Shown here: piece after piece, positions 1 through 8,743 of the stretch
How the letters are laid out: each line of letters opens with the position of its first letter
Numbering within the stretch: position 1 is the stretch's first letter
Assembly: GCA_965603825.1 (NCBI GenBank)
Contig: CBFDEM010000053.1
Coordinates: 62,001-126,000 of the forward strand
DNA: 64,000 bases
DNA from: Blepharisma stoltei ATCC 30299
Lineage: Eukaryota; Protista; Ciliophora
Direction: 5' to 3'
Program-made: the position numbers and the translations under genes
The notes under the pieces: generated by a model
Databases searched by the model: none
The model's input: the letters and a program-made list of their open reading frames with translations, nothing else
Told to the model about the DNA's origin: nothing

Positions 1-1
1 G

Positions 2-1183
2 TTAGTTCTGGAAGCTGAAGAAGAAAACATCAAGCCAGTTTTCCTTCACAATGACATCAACTACATGTGGATCCGCTACAACAATTTATTCATCGTCGGT
101 ACCAGTGCCTTAAATGCAAATGCTATGATGGTCTTTGCATTCCTCTATAAGCTGGCTGAAGTCCTAACTCACTATTTCCGAGAGCTTGAAGAAGAAAGCA
201 TAAAGGACAACTTTGTAGTGACTTATGAGTTATTAGATGAAATGATTGATAATGGGTACCCACAAACAACTGAATATAAAGTCCTCAGAGAATATATAAA
301 AAGCGAGTCGCATAGGCTGCAGCAGGAAGAAGAACAGCAAGCAGTTGTCCCTATTTCTGTTTCGAATGCAGTATCATGGAGAAGTGAAGGAATCAAATAT
401 AAGAAGAACGAAGTTTTTCTTGATGTGATTGAAAGATTGAACTTATTGGTCGCTTCGAATGGAAATGTGCTGAGATCAGAAATATTAGGGGTGCTAAAAA
501 TGAGGACTTTGCTGTCGGGGATGCCAGAACTAAAATTGGGGCTTAATGATAAACTGTTGTTTGAAGCGACAGGGAGACAGACAAGAGGAAAAGCTATTGA
601 ATTAGAAGATATTAAGTTTCATCAATGTGTAAGGTTAGCAAGGTTCGAAAATGATAGGACAATCAGCTTCATCCCTCCAGATGGAGAATTTGAACTGATG
701 TCATATAGGCTAAACACTCATGTAAAACCATTAATTTGGGTTGAAAGCAGAGTTGAGCATTTAAGCAGCTCAAAGCTAGAACTTGTGGTAAAAGCTAAAA
801 GTCAGTTTAAGACAAGATCAATTGCAAATAATGTCCAAATTTTGATTCCAGTTCCAAATGATGCAGCATCACCTAATTTCAAAACTACAATTGGACTTGT
901 GAAATACGATCCTACTCAAGATTCAATTGTCTGGACACTAAAACAATTCCAAGGACAAAAAGAATATATGCTAAGGGCTTCATTCACTTTGCCAAGTGTC
1001 GCTAGTGAAGACCGAAACAGATTCCAAAAAATTCCAATAAGACTTATTTTTGAAATTCCTTATTTCACTGTATCAGGAATCCAAGTCAGATACTTAAAAA
1101 TCATAGAAAAATCAGGCTACCAAGCATTGCCATGGGTAAGGTATATAACCCAAAATGGAGATTATCAAATAAGGATGCTTTAA
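2..1183 (+). CDS. AP1M1: AP-1 complex mu1 subunit, 5'-truncated by the window edge
   Basis: The frame is open from nt 2. Motifs EEESIKDNFVVTYELLDEMIDNGYPQ, SWRSEGIKYKKNEVFLDV, KFHQCVRL and FTVSGIQVRYLKIIEKSGYQALPWVRY. Ends TAA. Confidence 0.95.
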   Translation, partial: LVLEAEEENIKPVFLHNDINYMWIRYNNLFIVGTSALNANAMMVFAFLYKLAEVLTHYFRELEEESIKDNFVVTYELLDEMIDNGYPQTTEYKVLREYIKSESHRLQQEEEQQAVVPISVSNAVSWRSEGIKYKKNEVFLDVIERLNLLVASNGNVLRSEILGVLKMRTLLSGMPELKLGLNDKLLFEATGRQTRGKAIELEDIKFHQCVRLARFENDRTISFIPPDGEFELMSYRLNTHVKPLIWVESRVEHLSSSKLELVVKAKSQFKTRSIANNVQILIPVPNDAASPNFKTTIGLVKYDPTQDSIVWTLKQFQGQKEYMLRASFTLPSVASEDRNRFQKIPIRLIFEIPYFTVSGIQVRYLKIIEKSGYQALPWVRYITQNGDYQIRML

Positions 1184-1303
1184 GCCATAATATTACCATT
1201 CTTTAAGATATAAAAATTGGTACTTCATAAAATGATTAATTTGATTACCTATTAATTTATTTCAAGTATTTCTTTATTTATTAAGCCAATTAACCCCAAA
1301 GAT

Positions 1304-1837
1304 TTAACTTACTGTGAAGCTGAGCATCATGCGGACAATGGCACCGAAGTTTTGGCCAGCAATGATGTATTGCTTGTTCTTGAATGCGTTGGTCATTTGG
1401 TCGAGATCTGTAGAGATTGCTGATTTGTGGGTGAAATATCTGACCATAATCTCACTGAAAGTTTGTGGGTCTGAAAGGGCCTCAATCTTTTCGATCAAAA
1501 TAGGGAGTTTGCAGGAGTTGGAAACTGTTTCGAATTGAGTGTTGAATAGGGTTAGAACAGCTGGAACGTCGTTGCAGGCTGTAAAATTGAAAAATGCGCA
1601 CTTGACGACCATTTGGGAGACTGCTTCAAAAGCAGGGTGAAGTTTGGCAGTGTTGTTGTAGCAGGCTGAGAGTGGGGTGAGTTTGCTTTGAAGTCCTTGT
1701 GCAACTCCCAAGGTGAAGTTTCCAACGGCTTTAAATGGGTTCACTAGGGTTGTGTCTGCAGCAAGTCCAGATTCTGCTGGGTTTTCGAAGCTCTGAGCAC
1801 CGAATGCGAACAGAACAATTAAGACAACAAATTTCAT
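1304..1837 (-). CDS. Secreted 177-aa protein with signal peptide, 4 Cys and N-glycosylation sequons; unknown function
   Basis: N-terminus MKFVVLIVLFAFGAQS looks like a signal peptide. Sequons NFT, NNT, NFT. GC-richer than its flanks. Ends TAA. Confidence 0.8.
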   Translation of the reverse strand: MKFVVLIVLFAFGAQSFENPAESGLAADTTLVNPFKAVGNFTLGVAQGLQSKLTPLSACYNNTAKLHPAFEAVSQMVVKCAFFNFTACNDVPAVLTLFNTQFETVSNSCKLPILIEKIEALSDPQTFSEIMVRYFTHKSAISTDLDQMTNAFKNKQYIIAGQNFGAIVRMMLSFTVS

Positions 1838-2351
1838 TTATTATTAGTTGAATAAAATATGAATCTAAAATCGAGGGTTAGGGAGACTTAGGCAGGGGAA
1901 GATATTTATTAAAATAACATTGATAAATTAGCTTAAATTAAATTATAGGAGCCAATTCATGGTGGCTAATTTTTATATTGGGATTCTATTATGCAAGGAA
2001 AGGATGGATATATTTGCTAAGTAATTGAGGAGGAATAGCTGAGATAGCTTAAGGCTATATAATAATAACTTGGAAATATCATAGCAAAGTGCTAACCTAA
2101 TAAAAATAAATCATAAAGGCCAAACAGAAATTTAAATTTAAGAAGCTAAATAAAAGAAATATAATAATAAATTAAGATTATTATATATTTGTTAATATTG
2201 GCTGTTTTAAGAGAGCTTTAATTTAAAAATGGTTACAACAGAAAGGAATAATAGATTATTCCTTTAAAAAATTTCGTTAAAATTCATTACTCATTTATCG
2301 CTTTATCGTTTATATTACTTAAATATTTATTCTCATCCTTTACACATATAA

Positions 2352-3077
2352 ATGGCAATAAATAAAAATAACGACAAATTGCTACTAATTGAACCCTGCT
2401 TCAAGCTCAACAGCCAGTCAAGAGAACGAACAATTCTTAGTCAAGTTTCAAGCACTCCAAGCTTAGGATTGCAAATAAATTCTTCGCTTTCTTCTCTTCA
2501 TCAAAAACCCCAAAAATTAAAACCAAAAAAGTACAAGGAAAACCAAGTCAACGTAGTTCTCCCTGAAATACACTGCTATGAAACCTTTATTCCTCAGCAA
2601 GATATCCAGACAACGCGCGACAGTATAAATTATTCTAAAAACAGTGAAAACTCCAAAGAATTTGATGTAATAAAAACAGACAGAAGTAAACAGCAAAGCT
2701 TATTGTCAGGCTTTGAGTACCCAATTTATCTATATAATGATGCCTACCAGCCAACTCCCCGAAGTAGAAGCAAAAACTGGCATCCTTTGCAGAGCCAATT
2801 AGAAAGTCATAGAAAAAAATTCAGATTGAGAAAGCTTACAAGTGATAAAAATATTCATAAAAAGCACCCGAATGAAGATAGAAGCTTCAGCCCATTTAAT
2901 TTTAATGATTTACAACCAAAACACTCTAACTCATTTCTTTCAGTATCTAAGTCTCAAGCTATTCAAACTATCATCAACAAGAAAAAATTAATTAAACATG
3001 CACATCCTGATATTTTGACAAGCAGAAGAAAAGCAAGTGCTTCTCCATTCATAATTAGGTCTGCTACTAAGTCTTAA
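2352..3077 (+). CDS. Hypothetical basic, Ser-rich, probably disordered protein (241 aa)
   Basis: Long ATG..TAA ORF preceded by an AT-rich intergenic region; no recognisable domain. Confidence 0.7.
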   Translation: MAINKNNDKLLLIEPCFKLNSQSRERTILSQVSSTPSLGLQINSSLSSLHQKPQKLKPKKYKENQVNVVLPEIHCYETFIPQQDIQTTRDSINYSKNSENSKEFDVIKTDRSKQQSLLSGFEYPIYLYNDAYQPTPRSRSKNWHPLQSQLESHRKKFRLRKLTSDKNIHKKHPNEDRSFSPFNFNDLQPKHSNSFLSVSKSQAIQTIINKKKLIKHAHPDILTSRRKASASPFIIRSATKS

Positions 3078-3137
3078 GCGGTAAAATGAAATATAAGAAT
3101 ATTTATCAAACACAGTTATTTACTAATTAGATGTATT

Positions 3138-3389
3138 TTAACCCCATGGATCTTCATCATTTCTGAAATTCAACTTAAGTTGAACTTTCGCGTTTGGGCA
3201 GCGCTTCATGTGATTGTACAGTTCACAGTTGGGAATATGGTGTGCTGGGTTGTAAGGGCAAATCTTGAACATTTGACTCATGTGTTTTCGATCTGGGCAC
3301 TTTGTGTAATGCCAAAGCAATCTCGCAGGGTTTACCAAGTGATCTGGGTTATAAGAGCAAGCTATTTTTGGTTCTAAGCTATTAATCAT
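3138..3389 (-). CDS. Tandem CHHC (U11-48K type) zinc-finger protein, GTSF1/Asterix-like, 83 aa
   Basis: Two C-x-Y-N-x-x-H-x9-H-x3-C units: CSYNPDH..LLWHYTKC and CPYNPAHH..LYNHMKRC. Confidence 0.8.
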   Translation of the reverse strand: MINSLEPKIACSYNPDHLVNPARLLWHYTKCPDRKHMSQMFKICPYNPAHHIPNCELYNHMKRCPNAKVQLKLNFRNDEDPWG

Positions 3390-3417
3390 TATAGAATTTT
3401 ACTAAAGATACCATTTT

Positions 3418-4584
3418 TTAGTTATAGAGCACTGAATTAAGCAAGAGCACTAGGCCGCAGCTAAACAATGGAAGCACTAAATTGTCGATTAGGAGAGTAT
3501 AGGTTTCATACAGCGAAATTATCCCTAAAGCTCCTATTAAAATCAAATTTAATTCAAATCCTATCAGTTTTGCAAAAATGATCATAGATATCCAACCCGC
3601 CAAAGTCCCAATATAAGTCTTTTTGCGTTTTGGCCACTTTTTCTTTCCGAATTTTACTCCGAATAGAGAAGCCATCGAATCCCCAATCCCTAGACTGATC
3701 AGTCCTGAGCACATAACCAATAAATTTTTATTTGAAAAATTTCCTATAATAATTGGCACTCCACACCCAAACAATAAATAAACATGGGTAACAATAACTT
3801 CTCCAAGATCTCTTGTGTCAATAAAGCTATTCAAAAACTCATTTAAAAACCCAAAAATTTTTATATGTCGCAAAGTCTCCACCATCAAAAACCCTCAAAA
3901 TGCCATTAAAAATGCCACTGATGTAAGTATAGGGTCTTGAAAAATTCCAGGGAGCAAAATCTGCAAAATCAAGAAATGGAATAATTTTCGAATGACCATA
4001 GGATGCAACTTAAAATTCGCTTTGCAAAAATAGACAGCGATAACGCCGAGAATAGTTGTGATGGCTCATGTTGTTATCATACTGTAATGCAAAAGGATAA
4101 AAGCTATAAGTTTCAAATCGAAAATTAAATACAATCCTTGAGAAATAGCCAAAAATGAGATAATAATATACGGAAATTGATTTTCCGAATTCAAGGTAAG
4201 AAATAGCAAGAAAAATCCAAGTGAAGTGACCATTTGTGAAGGGATAGATAATTCATATGGAAGATTGCCTTGAAAATAAAGCATATAAAAAGATGCAAAA
4301 ATTAAGCCGAGAATGTTTGCCTCTACAGTTTTAAAAGATTTTTTCAATAGACTGAGTCCATAAGCAATGCCAAACCAAATTAAAAGAAATCCTAATTCAG
4401 TCATTGCATTTGTAAACAGATATTTACCAAGTAAAGCGCTTAAAAGTGACAAATATTTGAATCTTCCTCTTCCAAAATCTATTAAAAAATATAGAAGTAT
4501 ATAGCAAATCGTTATTTTGAAACTCTTCATGATTCCAAACTCATTCATCGCCACAATTAGACTTCCTTCTACTAGAAGATCCAT
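3418..4584 (-). CDS. DOLK: Dolichol kinase (388 aa; TGA=Trp at 4066-4068 and 3895-3897)
   Basis: Reading through two TGA joins the ORF-track fragments and recovers RKLFHF, THVYLLFGCGVP, GIGDSMASLFG and KKTYIGT. Confidence 0.9.
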
Positions 4585-4727
4585 TTTATCGAGAGGTATA
4601 TTTTAGCTATTTTAAATATTCATTTTAGGCAGCTGCGTGATCGTTTCTATCAAACTTAATTCTTATTATTCATAAGCTTATTGGAGTCATTGACTTATAT
4701 CGAAGTAAGATAACTATAATAAATAAA

Positions 4728-6122
4728 CTAGTGTTTTTTCTTTTTAGGAATTTCTTCTTCCTCATCTTCATCTTCTATTACCACTTTCTTCGACCTCTTT
4801 GCAGGAACTTCAATTTTACTAGTGGCATCTGTTGCTGGATTATACATTCCAGTCTGTGCAGGTCTTTGGTAAGCTGCTGGCTTTTTGCCTGATAGCATGC
4901 TAGGTGTCAAATTGTTTTCCAAAAATTTCACTCTTTTATCAAGTGCTTCTTTATGCTGCAGACCAATTGTTGCAGTTTCTTGATCTCCAAGTGCATCCAT
5001 TCTAATGCAAAGTGCGCATTTAGCAGCCAGTGATCTGCTAATTTTTCCCTTAGTCTTTGGCGTAGCCTGTCCTACAATACTTGCATGATAAAGCAGACCG
5101 TATTTTGGAGTATCATGTTTTGTCCTTATTGCTCTGAATAGTGCTTTTTCAGCTCCCAAAATTTGTATCGTTGAAGCTGGATGTTTAGCTAAATTTACCA
5201 AACTTCCTGCGTGTGCAATTAATCTTGCCCCTACAAGTTCTCCTACAAGGACAGTCAGATTTGGAGCAATTGCATTCATTCTGTTCTTTAAATATTCGCT
5301 TAAATTGGTTCTATATTCGCTCAAACTGATGACTTGGTCACAGAGTGCTTTCATATTTTCCATATCATCTTTGGTGATTTCAGTCCCCATGCTTAATTCA
5401 GCAGCTTCTTTGATTTCTTCGACCATATCTTCATCAGTCACAATTTCGCTTAAATTGGTTTTTGAAGTATTTTGCCTTTCTTTTATTGCATTTACGCATT
5501 TCGCGTATATCACGTTGTCAGTCACGATTCTTGCTAATTCAGGGAAATGCCAGGAATACCATTCTTTTAGCCTCATAGCATAGTTATTGAGTTCTTTATC
5601 AATATCGTCTAATAAATTGACAGCTTGGACGACCATAGTGTCCACTTTATCAATTGAGAATTTTAGTGTATGCCTGCACAAGGAGTGGGCCAGACCCAAT
5701 GACATTGCTTTTTGCTCTTGGGCAGAAAGACCTGCGATAAGTCCTTCTATCTGTGTTCGGATTCCTCGAATTAATTCGAGATATTTTGAGCTGTAAAGAC
5801 ATTTGATTCCTAGTTTGTCTTCTATGGCTGAGCGGAGCTTTTTATCAAGGACAATCAGCTCGTCAGAAATTTCTTGTTCTACGATGTTTTTTCGTAAAAA
5901 TCTAGTCAAGGTTTTGGAAAGCTCATGATTAGTTAGAGCAGCTGCAGCTTGTAGGGCGGATTTAGAGTCCTTGAATTTGTCGAATGCTTTGAGTTTGACT
6001 ATTTTGCTTGCACTGTCGAGGGTTTTGAATTCTTCAGCTAGATTTTCGACCTGCTTGAGCTTTTTGTCTTTGAGGACTTTGAAGAGAGCGAATCCACCAG
6101 AAGTCTCAAAAAGAACCAGCAT
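4728..6122 (-). CDS. NOP58: Nucleolar protein 58 (box C/D snoRNP)
   Basis: MLVLFETSGGFALFK start, SLGLAHSL, KEWYSWHFPEL, LAKHPASTIQILGAEKALFRA, TPKYGLLYHAS. Confidence 0.93.
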   Translation of the reverse strand: MLVLFETSGGFALFKVLKDKKLKQVENLAEEFKTLDSASKIVKLKAFDKFKDSKSALQAAAALTNHELSKTLTRFLRKNIVEQEISDELIVLDKKLRSAIEDKLGIKCLYSSKYLELIRGIRTQIEGLIAGLSAQEQKAMSLGLAHSLCRHTLKFSIDKVDTMVVQAVNLLDDIDKELNNYAMRLKEWYSWHFPELARIVTDNVIYAKCVNAIKERQNTSKTNLSEIVTDEDMVEEIKEAAELSMGTEITKDDMENMKALCDQVISLSEYRTNLSEYLKNRMNAIAPNLTVLVGELVGARLIAHAGSLVNLAKHPASTIQILGAEKALFRAIRTKHDTPKYGLLYHASIVGQATPKTKGKISRSLAAKCALCIRMDALGDQETATIGLQHKEALDKRVKFLENNLTPSMLSGKKPAAYQRPAQTGMYNPATDATSKIEVPAKRSKKVVIEDEDEEEEIPKKKKH

Positions 6123-6249
6123 ATTTGTTATGGAATAATAAAATGCCTTATATTAATGATATTGCGCATAATACTTTATTTCTAAATTGAGATTATGAAG
6201 AAAATTACAATTAGAACTAAATATCTTTATAAATGTAAAGCTAATGGAA

Positions 6250-7719
6250 TTATTTATGGTTTATTTTAATGCAGTGCCATGCATTGTTTAAAAGGCCTCT
6301 ATAATTCAGAATAGGTGCTGTATCACGTGGCTGAGAGTTTCCTGAAGAATCTACAGCTTTAACACAAACTTCATTTTGAAGCTCTGATACTGGGATTTTA
6401 GTTTCCCACAGAGCCCAAGACCAATGCTTTTTATGATAAGCCAGATCTTTTGACAGCTCTGCCTCATGCCATGTTTCTCCTTTATCAGTGGTTATATCTA
6501 CTCTTGCAATTTCATGTCCTCCTCCACTATAGGCATACCCCTTAAACGTTACTTTCCCTTCCACACTTTCTACAGTTGCTCCATCTAAAGGATCACAGAT
6601 TGCTGACTGAACATTCATTTCATAAAGCGGTGGCCTCTTCTCAAAATCTACATTATCTGGGGTATCATTAACTCCAAACACTTTATAGTCTCTTTTGTGC
6701 CATATTAGATTGCTTTCATCGTCATTTAATGATATCCTTTTCACCCATTTTATGTTTCTAACTCCTACATATCCGGGGACAATAAGTCTGACTGGAAAGC
6801 CATGGTCTAATGGGAGCGGCTCTCCGTTCATTTCTAAAGCCAAAATCACATCTCCATGCTCGTCCATTATTTTTGACATAGGAATATTGGTCCCAAATGG
6901 GCCGTTTGGGTCAGAATCATATGCTTCTATATGTGCATGCTGGTACTCATGTTTTGGGTTGGCATATTTTATTAGGTCTCTTAGTCTTACACCTTTCCAT
7001 TCAGCACTTCCAATGGCTCCAGCGTTCCACATGACTCCTCGAACGTTTCCATACTTAGCCATATCAGCTCTTCTATTTCCAGCACATTGTATGCATGATT
7101 TGATTGTCACGTGTTCAAATTTTGATTTTAAATCGTCTAGAGAAAATTCAAAGCATTTATCAGCATAAAGGACTAGCTCCAAGCGGTACGTTTTTGGATC
7201 TATATGGGGAACTGGCAAATGGTTTCTTATAAAAAATAGATCGTTTGGGGTGGTTTTGTTATTAACCAACAAATCATTAGGGGTTTCTGCGTTAAATGGC
7301 TTGACGCCATGAGTAACCATTTCTGGGTTTCTTTGAGGATCGTCTTTATAAGGGTCATCTAGAGCAAGGACTTGAGCATTCTTTAAGTTCCCGATACGCA
7401 TAGATTCAAGCATCTGATAGACTTGTGGCTTGTGGTGAGCTCTATATAAATTCCAAAAGGGCTCAATTGAACCTCCAGAACCAAGTAATATTTTTTCGCC
7501 TCCAGGATGGTGCTCAATGAAATTTGTTACATCATAGACTCCTTCTTTAAAAGTGACCCACACAGATTTTTCAGGATTTTTGTGTCTGGAAATATCATCT
7601 AGAGTAAAGTCTGGTAGATCCGATCTTCTCATACCAGCTCTGAATTCTTCAGAATCAGCGTATTTGTATTGGCTATATGTAAGGATCCCAATTGAAGAGC
7701 AAGCTAATATTTTTAACAT
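6250..7719 (-). CDS. SUOX: Sulfite oxidase (cytochrome b5, Moco and dimerisation domains)
   Basis: b5 motif VYDVTNFIEHHPGG, FFIRNH, Moco Cys in QCAGNRR, DHGFPVRL, GYAYSGGG, NYRGLLNNAWH. Confidence 0.95.
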   Translation of the reverse strand: MLKILACSSIGILTYSQYKYADSEEFRAGMRRSDLPDFTLDDISRHKNPEKSVWVTFKEGVYDVTNFIEHHPGGEKILLGSGGSIEPFWNLYRAHHKPQVYQMLESMRIGNLKNAQVLALDDPYKDDPQRNPEMVTHGVKPFNAETPNDLLVNNKTTPNDLFFIRNHLPVPHIDPKTYRLELVLYADKCFEFSLDDLKSKFEHVTIKSCIQCAGNRRADMAKYGNVRGVMWNAGAIGSAEWKGVRLRDLIKYANPKHEYQHAHIEAYDSDPNGPFGTNIPMSKIMDEHGDVILALEMNGEPLPLDHGFPVRLIVPGYVGVRNIKWVKRISLNDDESNLIWHKRDYKVFGVNDTPDNVDFEKRPPLYEMNVQSAICDPLDGATVESVEGKVTFKGYAYSGGGHEIARVDITTDKGETWHEAELSKDLAYHKKHWSWALWETKIPVSELQNEVCVKAVDSSGNSQPRDTAPILNYRGLLNNAWHCIKINHK

Positions 7720-8038
7720 AGCTTTAAGTAATATAAATTATTAATAGAAATTTAAGATTTCATATTTAGAATTCTCAAAATAATGATTGGTTGGATCTAA
7801 ATGGCATATTATATAGATGATAGTTTTATATTTGAATAAACATTATTTCTTAAAGTTTTTTTCGCATGCCATTTTATTGTAAATTATTTTGTATGCTTTA
7901 ATCTTCCGAAAACGCCATTTTATTGCAATACCCTAGTCAAAGCGTTCTATAAGAATAATATTAACTTATGGGAGGGGAAATATTAATATATTATAGTTTT
8001 TGAGATGTATTATATAAAAATTTAGCAAGACTCCATTA

Positions 8039-8725
8039 TTATAATCCAGCTTTAGCTTCCTCTTGGGTATTTGCAAAAGATTCTAAATATTTCTTATTTG
8101 CCATCCTCACATAGTCAAGTGCGTTATCTTCATACTCCAATTTTCTTTTTGGCTTTGGGTTTGCCTCCCACATTTTGTTTTCCATTTCAGCTTCCATTCT
8201 TAGCAGCTCTTCATCTTCTTCTGTCTTATAATATTTTTCGTTAACCTGCGCTTTTAAAACTTCATTATTTTTTACAGGTTTAGCTGGAGCAGGCCTTTGT
8301 AAAAATTCTCGAACCCCTGGCAAGTCTTTTGCAGCACCATAGTACAAATATCCTTCAGAGCCTGGAATTTCTTGTCCTTGGCTGTCAACTTGTCGGTAAA
8401 CAACTTTTTTATAATCAGGACCTCCTAGCTGCCTAATTCTGTCTTCCCATAGTGATTTTTCTCTTGCTAATCTGTTAATTTCATCATTTAGAGCCCTTAT
8501 TTTATGCTCTCCTAGATGAGCATTTTGTATATCTGTAATAAAAATCGCGATTTCTTGCATTACTTGATATCGCCAATTTTGGCATTCCATTAAGCTAGCT
8601 ACATCTAGAGGATTTGTCGGGCGGCGTACTAAGGTGCCTAAAGCCATTTCACGCTTCATGTTAACCCATCTGTTGAGCATTGCTTGCACCTTTTCTTCAC
8701 CTTGAGGAGGCTTTTTCTCAGACAT
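8039..8725 (-). CDS. ISY1: Pre-mRNA splicing factor ISY1
   Basis: EKVQAMLNRW, IQNAHLGEHKIRALNDEINRLAREKSLWEDRIRQLGGPDY, YLYYGAAKDLPGVRE. Confidence 0.9.
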   Translation of the reverse strand: MSEKKPPQGEEKVQAMLNRWVNMKREMALGTLVRRPTNPLDVASLMECQNWRYQVMQEIAIFITDIQNAHLGEHKIRALNDEINRLAREKSLWEDRIRQLGGPDYKKVVYRQVDSQGQEIPGSEGYLYYGAAKDLPGVREFLQRPAPAKPVKNNEVLKAQVNEKYYKTEEDEELLRMEAEMENKMWEANPKPKRKLEYEDNALDYVRMANKKYLESFANTQEEAKAGL

Positions 8726-8743
8726 AGAAATTATTAAATAAAT

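Noticed and set aside
1875-1883. Telomere or chromosome-end repeat
   Set aside because: A single GGGTTAGGG with no tandem array.
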